A DNA stretch of 64,000 bases from Amoebophrya sp. A120 (GCA_905178155.1 CAJINV010000004.1:6550828-6614827); one strand, 5' to 3'; counted from the stretch's first letter, positions 21,349 to 36,600 are shown. The notes: generated from the sequence alone by a model not told the origin. Numbers and translations: made by a program.

Positions 21349-22389
21349 GTAAGTGGCTGTGATGTCCGGGGGTGAGTCTCTTTTGTAAGTAACTATTTTA
21401 GCCAGCGATTTCTGCATACGTTTACGTTGTATCTACCACCTGTGATCTTCTGGTTGAGTAGACTCACAACTTTTTTGGTCTTTTATGAAGTCTTTTAGGA
21501 AAGCAAAATGCACGGAGCCGTGCCTTTTGTGAATGTGGTAGTTTCAACATCATTCCCGAGGGCGGTGGTGCTCGTCGTGAAGTGGTCATGGTCTCTTTGT
21601 GAACAAAGATTGTGAACTTCATCCCAATTTTGCTCGCGCTTCGAAAGAGGCGGAACATTAAACCTGACTTTTCAGGAAGGAAAGCACATAGTACTACGCT
21701 ATTCCGTGCGCAGAAGATGAAGGAGGAAATTCTTGTAAACAGATCTTTGCAAAATAAATGCGATCGCCGGGAGGTCTCTTTTTCGGAGGTGCTCGCGGCG
21801 GGGGGTGTTAGTTCAAAAAATACCATGGGGTTGATATTGAAGCACTGTGCCGGATTTTTCCAGCTTCTTCGGTAGCGCCTGTCACCAGCGGCGGACAACT
21901 TTTGACATTCGGCGGACAAGACATGCTCTCTGAAGTCAAGTTGCGGGATAGATTGATTTCGGTTCAAAGAAGTGAAGTAACATCCACTCTGCTTCTCGGT
22001 TCAAGTTCATCTATCGGCGTAACAGATTCTAGTGACATCATCCACGATAATATTGAATTTCTTGCGTGACAGTTGTGGTGTGCTACTGCCCAGCTAAAGC
22101 CAGTCCCGGTGAATTCTGCAGGGGCTACTCAACATCTTCGGGAAAGACCATTTTGCGAAGGCTCAGAAACAAGCGGTCCTCGAAAGAACTTAGCAGGACA
22201 GGTTTGGTGTGGTCCCCTTCCAACAAATACTACGCCGGGGAGAAGTATTTAAACAAGGAGACTTTGAAAATAGCTAGTGTAGCGAAAACGGAACTTATCT
22301 TCCGTACAGTTGTGTGGTCGTCTTGCGTGGCAACTGTAATTACTACTTTACGTTACTTACAGTTTTATTCAACACGTCGACGACAACTT

Positions 22390-23548
22390 ATGGCCGGCTA
22401 CGTGTTCGTCGCTTTCCGGGAGCTCGGCGGAGATTTTACCGGCTACAAGGAAGCCGTCGCGGCGAATTTAACCGACGGCGCGGAGTGCATTTTTGCCGGC
22501 AAGCCCTACGGGGTGTACGAAATGGCGACGACGGGGAAGGCGGAAATTCCCCACAAAGACCGCCGCGAACGAATTCGTGAAGAACCCAGTATGAAAAGAG
22601 TGCTGCACAAGAATTGCCCACTCTTCCCGTCATTTGTGACGCAAAGTACTTGCCTCAAACAAACGAAACGGAATGCACCCTATACGGTCCTTTAGCAGTG
22701 TCAGCATGACAAAGCCCGGAGTGGGCCGAAACAGGACTACAATTGGTGCGGATTTGTCATATTGAAGCTGCATAATTTTTGTCATTGCTTCTGTTGCCCT
22801 TGCTGGAGATAGTAATACCTTCCAAATGTGTAGTGAAAGGGGGAGTCAGTAGTGCGTGCATTCTCATACGCGGAGTTGCCGTTACAGAAGCAGATTCTGG
22901 CCGAATCCACCGCCGATGTGCGGGTAGTGGAGGCGGACCCGGAGCTGTTTGCGGGCATGAAAACTGGAACGGCGTACTGGTGCGCGTGGATCCACGACGT
23001 GGTAGACGAAGAGCAGAACATGGCCTACATCAACGCCTCTATTGCCGTATGCACTGCAAAGGTATCGTACTATTGTAAATAGCAAGACGTCAGCGTCAAA
23101 AATGAAATTTGTAGTCAGGATTTAACTATTGAGTAATGCATGATGAATGTGGTTAGTATGAGTCCGATACTTTTGTAATGCATACCCCGGGTCCGAGGCG
23201 GGTTACCCCTGCAAGCAGGACGACGACTCTACCAAGCCCGTGACCTGGGCGATCAAGCATCTGTCGCCGTCCGACTTCTACGGCTGCACCGCGAGCTTGC
23301 TGCCGGCCGCGGGCGCGGGGAAGCAGTTCGTAATGCCGGGGAACGTGACGGACCAGGGGCTCGTGGCGGTGTTGGACCTGACGCCCTTCGGCAAGCGGGT
23401 CCGCGGGTGTCCCGAGTACAAGACGGCCTTGTTGAAACCGTTCGGGATGGAGTACAGCGGGGATGAAGAGGAGTACAACAAGTTCGTGGACCGGATCATG
23501 GCGGAGGTTTTGAAACGCGACCTGCGGATCATCTGCACTTCTGCGTGA
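22390..23548 (+). CDS. Hypothetical protein (about three exons)
   Basis: GC3-rich exons MAGYVFVAFREL..., ELPLQKQILAES... and TWAIKHLSPSDFYG...; second intron is a family-B introner; first intron boundaries unresolved. Confidence 0.6.
23048..23184. mobile_element. TIR introner, family B
   Basis: tatgcactgcaaaggtatcg / cgatacttttgtaatgcata; DR tgccg/ccccg. Confidence 0.78.
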
Positions 23549-24668
23549 ACTGTCTTGGTTCGAAAATAATTTGTTCTACGACGTGTTGCTGTTGAGTCAA
23601 CGATTCTTATTGCGTAGAGGAGGTTGTAACGACCTCTACCTCGTCACCCTGAGCTGCGGGATCGAATTCTCAGCGATTCGAAGTCTGGGTGATGATATAG
23701 TACGACCGCGGGGGGCGGTGGATCGATAATGCAACAAAGTACTTACTTACTTACCCGGAGGTCTTCCTCGATGCGATTTTCATCTTTCTTATTATAGTAT
23801 ATTCGTATTGTTGCTAGTACGCCAAAAGGTGCGGGGGCATGCATTCTGGTCGTGGATTCCGAACCTAGGCGAGCGACCTGAGAACAGTTTTTTTTAAGGT
23901 ACCGGGTACGGAGCCTGTAATATGGGCACGCAGCAGTTGAAAGTGCAGCTTGCTCCCTTTTTTTAAAATTGAAACGTTCCAAAAATTTGGACTTGTAACA
24001 GCGGATAAAAGCGAAACTCTCGTCTGCGTAACGATTTTTTTGTTCACAATTGTAAATGCAATGCAGTCTAGCTATCTTTCCAAAAAAGGTAGACGGATGG
24101 GAACACGTAGAAGGCTGATGCAAATTGATAACGAAGTCAAAGTCGGTATATGTTCTTTGTGTCTACGTGTTCCACCTAATAAACTGCAACTTGTGAAGAT
24201 GAAGAGGTAAAGAGCAGATCCATTCCCGCAGTTGCAGTTTGTCGATGAAGCATATGCGTCTGGTCTGCGATAGCTGGAAGTAGAACTGAGAAACTGTTGC
24301 GGCTCGTCCAGATCCTCTGTCGCAAGAGAATGTGTAGTCCGTCTGTGCCTGTGACTATGCTGGAAGAGCTGACCTATGTGCGTTATAGAAGGATTTAATC
24401 TTTGCTCGGAAGCTGCTGTAAAGCTTGATCATTAGCGCTAGCGCAACCAAGGCGATGTTGATGTTTCCTGATGGTTGGATTCCGGAAATATTAACATCAA
24501 ATGACGGGGTCGATCATCTCTCTTCAATTTTTTTTTTTGTGTCGTGGAAGATCATATCAGCACCGTTCTAAAAATGAAATCTCTTATGATCGGAATTTTG
24601 TTGGATGTCCACCGACCTATCTCACTCCAAACTGCATTGGCCATGCGCGTCTCCCATAGTACGACACG

Positions 24669-27600
24669 ATGAGCACCCTTCCACCTGGCCCTCCGGGGCC
24701 TCCTGGTGTCGTGGTGTCCGCTTCCCGCGGTCAGCACGCATTGGACCACGGCCTGAGTCGGCGGGACCAAAAGGAGTGCAAGCGGTTCGAACAGGTATCA
24801 AATGCAAAAATGATGTCTGGGCCTGGGAGATTCCGAGATTTGTCATGCAGTTTTTCCAAGCTCCCCCACGTCTGGAATGCAGGGCCAGCATCACAGGTTC
24901 TGCAGCTCCTTGGTGATGCATATTCTGCATGAGAAATGCCCTCTCAGCATGGCCAGAAGTGGGCACCTTTTGCACTTTATGCATCACAGATCTTTGTAGG
25001 ATCTGAAACACGCATCACAAGTTTGTCTTCTTCCAGACCCAGACATATTTGCAGTTCATAACAGGAACTGTACGGAAAATTGCAGCAGTTCGAGCTCGCG
25101 AAAGAATGGGCGGACCTGTCGAACGTGCTTATGGCGTTGCACCGCGTATTTTCCACGAACGACTCCAGTTCGCAGTACTCAGAGGCGTTTTACCAGCGGT
25201 AAGTAAGTAGCACCTCTTTCGAGAAGACGAATGTGAATCTTTGGCCGTCAAATGCGTTTTCAGTATGAGGAAGATAGTGTGTGATGCAAAAATGGTAGAA
25301 GTAGAAGATCAAAAATCAATTCACTGTGCATATCAAGATTTAGATATCCCCCTCTCAACATCATCCCAGCCGCCTTGCGAAGAGCCAGATGAAGCGAACT
25401 CTGGGCCGGCGGTTAGCGCAGTGTCTGAACCCCCAACTCCCCTCCGGGGTGCACCTCAGCACGCTGAAAATCTACGACTCGATCTTCAGCCAAATCGGGT
25501 CCGACGGACTGGTTTCCGACCTCGGACTGTATTCTTCCGGCCTGTTTCCCCACGTGGCGAACTGCGGAAAGCAGGTCCAGGCCGCGCTGCTGATTTTACT
25601 CGAAAAACATTATTTGCCGTTGAAGTCCCGCTTGGAGCCCTGCATGACGGGTTTGGTGTCCGCGTTGTTACCCTTGTTGGAAGACGAGGCGAATCCGAAC
25701 ATCGCGCGGGTGTCCAACCTGTTCGCGAAACTGGTAGACGCGGTGTCCGAATCTTCTTTCTGTTCCAACCTGTGGCTGCTGCTGCTGAAGACGCCGAAAA
25801 TCCGGTTGCCTGGACTGAAATTGCTGACGAACATCGTGCAGAACTGTTTAAAGAAGAACACCAGTATTCTGGTCGGCTCAACATCTACTGCGCCGGGAGC
25901 CGCGGGGGCTCAACATACGGGCACAGGAAGTGGAGCAGGATCAGGGGCGTATGCGGGGGGAGGAACTGTCGTGAACACCGCCACGCGGTCAAGCCGAGAC
26001 AATGGTTTGCTCCTCGCAGGGAACAACTCTGCGGGCACCAGTACTTTGCTTCTGAAAAGCCCTGGAAGTGGAAGTAAGATGCGCTCCGCACCACTGCTAC
26101 ATGTTCGCGCAGCAGCAGGCGCAGCGTCGTCTGCAGGTGCTGCACAAATAGCAGAACTAGGAGGGGGTAATAAGGGAGGTGCCGCACCGCTCTCCCCCCT
26201 GCGACCAGCCGAGGCTTCTGTAAGAAAGGCCAACCAAGGGAGTTTGCAGCTTCTAGCTCCTCCCTCCTCCTCAGCCCTGCGCGCCGGCGCAAGTGGCAGC
26301 GCGACGCTTTTACCCGCAGCAGCGACCTCCAGTCCGCAAATACGGGGTCAGGTGCAAAAGGATACAGCCAATCGCGGAAGTAGTGGAAGCGCATCCGCGA
26401 GTCAACAACATACTCTTCTCCCTACGTACGAAAAGACCTTCCCATCTGGCGTCGACGCGCTGCCGAGAGCGAAAATCGATGCGCTCTTCCCCTTCCACCG
26501 TTCCCAACTGGTTCTGCAAACGCTGGAAACCCTGCTGCAGGACTCCCAGCAGCCGCTCGTGCAGCGGGCTGCGTTAGACTTTATTGCGCAGTTTCTCCCA
26601 ATGTCTTCCACCGTGTGGCCCCCGGCGACGGGAGGGTCCAGCGGTAGTTCGAGCTCAACATCACACACGACTACAGGTTCAACATCTACTACGACGAGTT
26701 CGAAAGCGAAACAAGCGGTCCTTCGGACGGTTGTGGCGCTGTTCCAGCAGAACGACGGGAGTTTGAACCGGAGAATTGTCTTTTACCTGACCAACCGCTA
26801 CGGTGATTTCGGCGGGATGGACCCCGCCAGCCGAGCGTACTACGATGTGCACGTCCATAAATGTTTAATTCGCGTTTTTATGACCGATCTTCTGGTTGCC
26901 TGCGGCTGGCCGGGGTCCTCGGTCAACGCCGTGGTGGAGCGGGTTTTGTTGGTGGCTGCGAAGAGGCAAAGGGCTAGTGAAGATGGAGCTGGTAATGCCT
27001 CATCCGGTGCTGGGTCGTCTGCCTCTACCACTTCGCTAGGCCCAGCAGCACAACTCCTGGTGTCCTCTCCATTGGGGGCCCACAGCACCCGTACCGGACT
27101 GATTTCGCCGTTGCTGGCGACCAAGGGCAGAGTTGACTCGTCTTTAGCGACACCGGCTCGACCACTGCAGCAGAGTCCACCGGTGGTCGGATTGTCTACC
27201 GCACCGGAGGTTCTGCTTTCCCCAGCTTTGTGCGCCGCTGCGAGCAGCAGTACTAGCCGTATTCCAGGCGAGAAGGGTCCACAGGCTTTCAACCTCCTCG
27301 ATGAATTGCACCGGTATCGGGAGCAGGAGGGTCTAGCAGGTGCGTGTTCCACGACGAGCCAAGGTACTAGTACAACCACTTCTGCAATTGCAACAAGCAC
27401 GATTAGAAGAGCGCAGCAGGAGCAGCATGATTTGTTCAACCACCACAGCACGACCCAGCTGCACACTTTCTCGCAGCATGCGAACTGCCTCCGCTCCATT
27501 ACTTGTTTACTGCAGGAAGTCGAGGAGATCCGCGGCACCGTCGTGCCCGAGCTGAGCATTTTTGTCTTACTATACCTTGACGCGTGCCGAAATTCAACAG

Positions 27601-30600
27601 TCCGCGACCAAGCCAAGGATTTTTTCGACGGGGCAGACCGGGATTTGGTCCTAGAACAGCTGAAGGAGCTGTGGCAAACCTCGACGAACCCGGTGTACGC
27701 ACTGCAGCTCCATCGGGTGTTTCTGGAAGAAGTGTGCGAAGAGGTGGACTTCGGGCGGCATCTGGAGCGGATATTGACCCTGGCGTTTGCGTCGCTACCA
27801 CTAATCGCCCCGACGGTAGAGAAGTTGCCGGACTTGTGCGAGGCCCTGAAATTCTGCCAAAATTTGTTTCAACAATTCGACAAAATACAGGTCGAAAGTA
27901 GACGTCGTGGCAAGAAGATGAACAACCGAGGGAACAATGGGTCAGCTGGGAGAATACAGGAGGAAAACTTTGTTGTCACGGGTGAAGCTGCGCAAGAAGT
28001 TGTAGAGGCGTCAACAGAACGAGAACCAGCGTTTTCCAACTCCGCCACCTCGCCCACAACTACTTCCGAGACCACGACCCAGACCTTACAGCACGCGGTC
28101 AGCCGCCTCCTCGCGCACTTCGAGTTTCTCTTGCGGTCCATGCTGCGGAGCGAGAGCGTCGAGGAGCGGGTGTTGCAGGCCTACGCGGTTTTGTCTGAAA
28201 CCGTGGTACAGCTTCACGATCACTTTCCGGCGAGACAGTCGCTGTTGGAAATCATCTGCATTGCCTGCACGGAACAGGGAATCAGGAATGATTTAGGCAA
28301 GATGTCGAACTACAACTCAAAGAGCCCCCCAACTACAAGAGGAAGTGTGGTAAAGTGGGATAAAGAGGTCTTTTCAGCATCAGGAACAAGCAAAATAAAC
28401 ACCTCTCAACATCTGCTTGTTCCACCACCCATCGCTTTCAACCGTTCGGAGTTCAATTGCCATCTAGTTCGGACCTTCACGGGCTTGCTCTCTTGCTTGC
28501 CAACGTCCTACACGCTCGGAGCCAGTATTCCAAAAATCGTTTTACACCTGTGGCGGCTGTTGAACACGAGTAGCATTGATTTGGACGTAACGATCGTGGA
28601 ACTCTTGATCAACCTGAATAGGGAAGTCATGACGCGGAAGAACTTGACCGAGGAAATCTCCATTGCCGATATCCTGGTTGCCGATTTCCAAAGTGGGAAC
28701 CCCATGACCGGCGTGATCCGCTACGCGAGTCTGTGGCGCAGCGGCGTCACGCTGTTGGCCGCACTACACCAGCACGGGACGAACAATTTTTATCCTACTA
28801 CAACGGCAGGGCATCTTCAAGGGTCTTCTACTTCTTGCGGAATGTTTGCCCGCACGCTGGATGGGGAAGAGGACGGCTCTACTGTCGACATTATAAATCA
28901 GCGCATCCACATTCTCGAGTCGTTGGTCGCCGTGGACCAGTTTTCGCAGACGTTTCTCGCAGAAAAGAGGGTTACGAAAGACCACGCGGCTTACGAAATG
29001 CCACTGGAGATGTTCAACGATGGTTGTTTGAAAAGTATTATGTCGCACGACCGGGTTCAGTTCGTCCCGAGATATGCGAATTTTCTTTTCCCGAATGTCA
29101 CGAAGTTAGTCCTGGGGTGTTTGGACGCCAAGGAGCCGAATTTAAAGCACATCGCGAGGAGCTGGGCCGTGGAGGCGGTTTCGCACCTTCCCTGTTTGCT
29201 GGATCCGTTATTTGAGGACCTTTTGGCCTTTCTCCTTTTGATGGTAACGAAAAATAAGACTGCCTCAAGGTCAACAACACCTGACACGGCGGAAAGAAGT
29301 AGCGACTCTCTGCTTGCACCGGTTGAACTAGCGCCGGACAACGTCGACAGCCAGAATACTCACGAGAATTATTCCCAGCAGCCTCCCGAATCCGTGCGAA
29401 AGCGCGTCGCGTCGCCGAAGCATGTCCTGCTGCGACGGTTCTTTTCCTCCCGCGCGGGGGAGCTGCTCGCCGACGCGACGGCGAAACAAGCGCCCGGAAC
29501 GGCGAGGAACGGTGAACAACCCGAAAGAACCTCCGGGACGACGAATACGAGTGAAGCAGAAACATCAGAAGTTGTCCCGATGCTGCACCAGCAAACGGGT
29601 GATCTTCAATTTCATTCCTCTTCCGAAATGGACCCCCAAGCTGCAGCGGCGAAAATGGGTGCTACAGGCAGCAGGACAACTGTCCTATCGCCAAGAAGAA
29701 TGGAGAAAACCGTGGTCGATGGTGTGGCGAAAATGCTGCAGCGGTGCCTTACCATCTTCGAAATATTCACCTCCCTGGTCCAGGCCGATTACCACTTGAT
29801 GTTCGACCAGATGCGCCGGCACAGGGTGAGCAAGCACCTCACGGAAGCGTTGCAGGACTACTACTGCCACATCCACTGGTTGCAGCTGAGCGTCAGCTCG
29901 AAAGCCAGCGAAGTTGGAAATTTTTGCCCCCGGGATGCGAGTCACGTGAAGGATTACGCTGATTTCATGTGCCACACGTGTCTCTGCTTCCTGGAACTCC
30001 CGACCAACGGCCCGGAGACGAGGCATCAGCTGGACGACTGGCAGAGCGAATTGGGAAAGAACGTTTTTCTCGCAGCGGCAGGGATGCTGGGAAAGGAAAG
30101 TGTTGGAACAAATGCGGCTGGTGCAGCGGCTGGTGGTAGAACTAGAAGTAGTGCGGATTATAATTTCGTTAGACCTCCAAAGTCGTCGGAAAAAAGGACG
30201 AGCGCTGGCGGAAACGTCTTTGACAGTGCGGCCACAACGACAGCTGAAGAGGAGGTCCAAGACGTGCTAGTAGAAACATCACACTTGATAATTCCCGAAA
30301 CACCAGCTACCGCAGACGGGACCAACAGCAGCTCGACTACAGGCCTGGGAAGAACGTCCACAGAATCGACATTCTCGGGCTCGACGGAACTTGTTTCTAG
30401 CTCAGTGTCGACCATTTCGGCCGGTAGTAAGACTAGTCAGCGGAGCTCCGATAGTCGTGGGGGCTCGAATAAATCCGTGATATGTAGTAATAGCGCCGAT
30501 CTTCAGGAACAGGACCAAAGGAATTGCTCCGCCCGTATGACGGAGCTGCCAGTTGTCGCAGAGGGGTGTGTCAGCGGTGAGGGTCCGTGCGAAGATGAAA

Positions 30601-33600
30601 AAGGATGTGCTGAAGATACAGCTGCAAGCGAAAAAGGAGCGGTAGGTGGTAAGGCAGACAGTGGAGAAAATCAGGCGCCGAAGCCGCACGAACATGACGC
30701 AGCAGCAGAGACGCAGCCATCGGGGGGGGAAACCGCGCTTGCCTCGGAGCCGTATCAGTCCCCTTTAGCGACACTGCAACCTAGTCTTGAATCCAAACCC
30801 GCACTACATCCCCTCCCAACCGGGCGCAGTACGCAGGTTGTGCTTCCTTCTGAGCAAAAGTTCTTGCGGCTCAAAGTCAAGCGGCAAGCCGACATTTCCC
30901 CGACCGATCAAGATGCAACCACGAGAACAAGTACCAGCAATAAAGTTTTGAATCTTAGTCCCGATCTCTACTTCTCCAGTCGTATCGAGGGACTTGTGAA
31001 TGCCATTCGGGCGAGTAGCGGCGAGTTTCTCAAGTCCTTTCTCGGTCCGATCAGCAACCCGGAGAAGGGACATATCACGAGAAAAAAGTGTTACAGTTAC
31101 ACATTTGTTGGAGTTTCTGCATCACAAATTTTTTCTGTGTGGCAGAGAAAACTTGTAATGCGAAGATCATAAGGGAAAACAGGAAGGAAACGAGGCTCCC
31201 AAGCATTTCCTGCATGAGAAAGGTTGTCTCTGTTGCCGGTCTTGCAACGCAATGTGTAAGCGTAACACTTTTTTCTTGCGATAGGACGGGAGATCTGTGC
31301 CTGCCTGATTGACCCGCTTTTGCAGATCTATCCTGTGCAAAAGTATCGTACTCGTATAAATGCAATTCTTGCATCACAGGTCTTTTACTTAAGGTAAATC
31401 CGCATTACTTCTCATGCTGAGGAAATTTGTAATGCATTTATACGAGTACGATACTTTTGCAGTTCATAAGATCTTGGACGCGACGATTCGGGCGCGGGAC
31501 TACACCATCCAGGTGCATCTGATCGGTATTCTCCGCGTCATGCTGGTGCTGTCCAACCAATTCGCCTCCGGGGGGCAAGAGATGGCGGGTAAAAGTTGTA
31601 CTAGCAGCTTTGCCGGAACTACGAATCAACAAACTAGTGAGATGGCAACTTCTCACGTGATGCGGAAGGTCATTGGCAACAGCAGCGGTGCTAGTACTAC
31701 CTCTCCGACCTCGCAACGCGACATGATGCTGGAAAGGACTCCACAAATAACCCCCGCGGTTGGACGACAAGGAGAGCCGCAGGATCATTTTGGTTTGACC
31801 GTATCATCTACTTCGCCCTCCGGCTTGAGCCCCAACAGCTCGGTAGATGGTCGTGAAAACTTCACCACTAATGCCTCGCTCCTGCAAGAATCGAGGCGGA
31901 GGACGACCATGAGCCAGGGTGTTTCTGCGACAATGTCTTCGAACACATCGACTCCAACTGTGCGGGAAAAGGCGACTGTTGATTCAACATCGTCGGCAAG
32001 GTTGTACCAAGACCGGCATAATTCGAAGAAGCAAACTACTTCACAAAGAAATTATAAGCCCAGAGCACAACGCGGACCACCAGACCACCAGCGGCAAAAG
32101 TTCTCCGGGTCCCTGGCCTGCTACCCACCGCTGCTGCCTTGTTTACTACGGGCAATCGGCCGGTTGCAGCAGCACGCAGGGATAAAGAACACGGCTGCTA
32201 CTTCTAGATCGATTTCAACTACTTCCTCCTCTAGTACCTCTAATAAACTCCTAACAAGTAATAACAATTTCGGCGACGACGCGATTTTCCAACGGTATTC
32301 GTATCAAATGCAAATATGTCTGGGTCTGGAAGAGTCCGAACTTGTGATGCTGCATTTGGATTCCAAAAAAATTTGTATTGCATAAGCAGCAAAGGGAATG
32401 CAATTTTGGCTATGCAGAGAGGGCATTTGCCATGCGGAATAGGCATCGCGAAGCCCTGAAGAAGTCTGTAATGCTAGGGCATGCATCACAGACATCATGG
32501 CCCAAGGAAAACGTGCATGACAAGTCTGCTCAGAATGTTCCAGACCCAGACATTTTTGCATTTCATAATTCGCAGGCCAGCACGATAGCCCAGTTTGTTG
32601 AGTTCATGGTGTTCATCGTGCGCCAGGTTTCTGTATGCATTGCAAAAGTATCGTACTCGTATAAATGCATATACAAATTTCCTTAGCATGAGAAATAAAA
32701 TTTGTGATGCGGCTTTAGCCTAAGAACAAGATTTGTAAATGCATGTTTGCAAAAATTACTACGAGTGCGATACTTTTGCACAGGATATTCTGCCATGCCA
32801 GCGGAGTTCACGCGCGTGGTGGCTGCGGCGGTGAGTAGTTTTTGCCAGGAGATTCAGAAGGTGATTCAGCTTCGGGGGGACACCCAAGCCATGAACGAGC
32901 GAAAATTGGAGCAGACCGAGCTTGTCACCAGCCACTTTCTCCGAGGCATTTGCGACATCGTGCACGCCTGCTTGTCGCAGTGCGACGCGAAACAGGACGC
33001 GGATGGGAGTGGGGCGAGTGCAACCGGTTATTCAACATCTAAGGGCACGACCACTAACCGGGCGTCCAATTGGTTTTTCGGACTGGTTTTATCGGGAAGC
33101 GGGGGGGACAATTCCGCGGAAAGTCAGACGTCGCAACAAGTCCGGACGATGCTGTTTGAAGTAATCCCGGAAATCTTGGCTGTCACCGTCGCATCGGTCG
33201 CAAGCATTTCGGGGCAGAATAGAACTGGAAATAAACAGATGAATTTTCCTCGTGCAGTGGGAGGGAGGACAACTTCTACTGGCTCCGGATACAACAATTT
33301 GAACGAGAGTTTCACATCTTCTGGAGGGGCATTTGGATTTGCAGCAACATCCTCCTCGTCTCTCGCGCTTAGCGGCACGCGGGACAACATCCGGAGGCAA
33401 ATGAAGACGATGCTGAATTCGATTTTCGCCCGGTTTCCGCAGCTCTTCGTGGAGTCGGTCTTGCGTATCTGCCGCGACAAGCAGAGCATTTTACCGTCTC
33501 TCCTCGAAACACTGGCGTCCTTGGAGAAAGCCAAGCCGGAGATCGTGTTGCGGTGTGTGGCGGTCGCGTTCGAAAAGGAGCTGAGTTGCAGTGTGGGGAG

Positions 33601-36600
33601 CAACAAGAACAAAACCAGGACTGCTTCTTCGAAAGAAGTTCCCCGGGAAGTCTCATCTGCGAAGAATGATCATGCCGATTCTAGTATAGAAGCGGCATTC
33701 ACGACACACAACGAGGATCCTACGACTTTAACGGGACGACCAACCACTTCCAATTTGCGAAATTACCAGCACGGCACTTCGGGCACTAGAGCAAGTACTA
33801 CTCAAGATGGCTCTACTAGCTCCCGAGGACCGAACGTCGCGCAAGAGACCACTCCTGTATCAAGCTGTATCCCGCCGAACGAGGAAAACTTGCTTCTCTA
33901 TTTCCTGTACAGCTACATGTCGCACTGCAGTCGCGGGCTGTCCTCGCTGGAGATCCTCTGGAAGAGCGTCGCGCGTATCGCCACCGCCGCGGTGAAGCAT
34001 TCTAAGCAGCCCGTGACGATGCTATGGGTGCTGTCCTTGATCCAGCTGTGCGATGGGATTACACAGCGGAACCTCGCCGTGAACGCGAGAAGGAGTAAAA
34101 CAGGCCGAAATACGACCAGTAATGGAAGTGCGTTGCAGCAACCAATCCTCTACGAGCAGCAAATTTTCGATCAGTTGGACATCCGACGGTTCCGGAAAGA
34201 CGTCACCGCGCTGGTGGTCTTTCTGATCGGATTAGTGGCCATGGAGCAGCCGACAGAACTGCTGAGTGGCAGTACTAGCAGTAGCTTGAGAAATAAAGAA
34301 CATACAACTTCCGAGGCGCATCACTTGCTGCACCCGCCACTGCCCCCGCAACTCGAAATGACGCGTGAGTATGATGGTGCGCAGAAGAAGTTCTGGCACC
34401 AAAAAACATTGCAGGCAAGGTCGAGAGTGCAGACACCTGGTGTATCTTCGACTTCTGGAGCTGGGGTGGAAATAAAAGACGGAAAGGACCCACGGCAGCA
34501 GCTGAACAGCAACAATAAGATTCTAAAGACTGCTGGAGCGAGCACGAGCAGTAGCAACCTCGATATGCTGAATAAGCACAAGTCCGTTTCTTGTTTGCCC
34601 TGCGCGGGCCCCGGCGGAACCTTCGGTAGTCGAGGGAATACGAATTTTGATCGTTCCCCAGATGAAGCAGCAACGGTTCATCCTGTCAAAACTGCATCAT
34701 CATCAGGCGCTCATTTGGATCTCAGCTGGATGGTACAGCAGCTACAGCAGAAGCAGACTACTCGAGGACCGCATCAAACCCTAGTCGCATCTTCTTCCCC
34801 CTCCGCACCATCAGCACCCCCACCTCCCCTTCCCGCTCGTGATCAACTCGCGATTTGCAGTTTGCGCTTTCTCATCGTTTTCCTTTGCGACGTGAACGAA
34901 TGCAGCTCGACGCAGACGAGATTCGGGACCTTGTTTCTGGACGCTTTACTGTACAGCAGCAAATACTGTAGTTTAGTGCATTCCGTCACCCACAACGAGC
35001 TCCAATATTTGAAAATTGACAAGGGAACGACCAAGCTTTTTCAAGAAGAGTGGGTCTACCTACTGCTAACCTCGGTCGCGAACCTGCCGTTCGATTTGTA
35101 CCGGGAGAGCATTCTGAAGACGAAGTTGAACAAAACGCTCGTGTCCGCAGTGAACAGCCCGAACTTCTTCGCTTTGAACGTTTCTACCGCCCGTAGTTTG
35201 CGTTGCTGGGCCGAGATCGTGGGCGAATTGCTGTTGTATTTCCACGCGGAACAGTTGGGGTTTCCAACTGGAAGTGGGGCGGGCGGGACAAGTGGGAGCG
35301 TATCAAATGCAAGAATGTCTGGGTCTGGAAGAGTGCATGTTTGTCATGCTTGTCTGGCATGACTCTTAAATCTGTCATGCAAGTTACCCAAGAGCTCTAT
35401 TCTTCTGTGATGCAGAAACGCAGTTTGATTGTCATGATGAGTAGGCAACACCTAGAAGCTCAGAAACTTGTCATGCTGAGCCAGCACCTGTGGCCTCATC
35501 ATGAGACGCCACCCAGCATCACAAGTTTCCAGACCCAGACACTTTTGCATTTGATAGAGCGAGGAAGAACGCGATGAACAGTGTTACGCGAGAACAAGAA
35601 CCTCTCGAGGAGCAGGCGTGGAGGAGAATTGTGGAACAATCGGGGAGTTGCAGCAAAGGGGAACAGCCATGGGATCTAAGCAAAATTCGTTTTCGTTTTC
35701 CTCCGCTTCCCGAGAGCAGCAGCAGCACCTGCAACGAATAGAAGTCTCGTCATTCAACAGAAACAACGGCAACAGCGTCGGATTGCTGAATGGAGGTACA
35801 CCAGGACGCAACATCGGCAACAGGGTTGCAAAGTCACACACGTCTCTGCTCGGCGACATAGAGGACGACTTTGAAGACATTAGAACTACTCCGGAAAATT
35901 TTCTTCTCGAAGATGAATCACCGGAACAAATTCTGTCAGCCCAACATCGGCCGCAAGAAGGACTAATGCAGCAGTTGCACAGAGTACCCGCAAGGAAAAT
36001 CAAGAGCCGGCACCAGAAGCAGCGCGCGGAGGTGTTGGCGAACGACGGGCAGGTGCAGTTGTTGTTTCAGATCTGTTGGCCCTCGAAAACCTCATTGCTG
36101 CAGTCCGTCGAGCAGGACCGGGCGCAGCGGTTGCAGTTTCTCCGGCGACTCTGCTTCGTTCTGTACGCGGGGGCGGAGAACCAATTTGCGAGTGAGCTAC
36201 GGGTATCAAATGTAAAAATGTCTGGGTCTGGAAGATTTTTAGATTTGTCATGCATATTTTCCATGACCCATGATGTCTGTGATGCATACTGTAGCATCAC
36301 AGATTTTTAGAGCGCTTTGTGATACCTCTACCGCATGAGAAATGCCCTCTCCTCGTAGCACAAACTGGAGTCCTCTTGCTGGTCATTTTAGTGGTTGAGG
36401 GGTAAATAAGGTCATGCAATACAATTTTTTTCAAAATCCAGAGACAGCATTACAAGTTTAGAATGTTCCAGACCCAGACATTTTTGCATTTGATAACGAG
36501 ACATCATGGACAAACTGTCCGAGTGTCTGCAGACCGTGGCCAATAGCGACTTGCAGTTGGGCGGTGGTGGGGCTACAGGCGGCGTAGGGAATCCTCGGAA

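Noticed and set aside
22590-22868. Possible degenerate introner in the hypothetical gene
   Set aside because: TAT...ATA ends are present, but the 5-bp DR rule does not restore the likely frame; boundaries unresolved.
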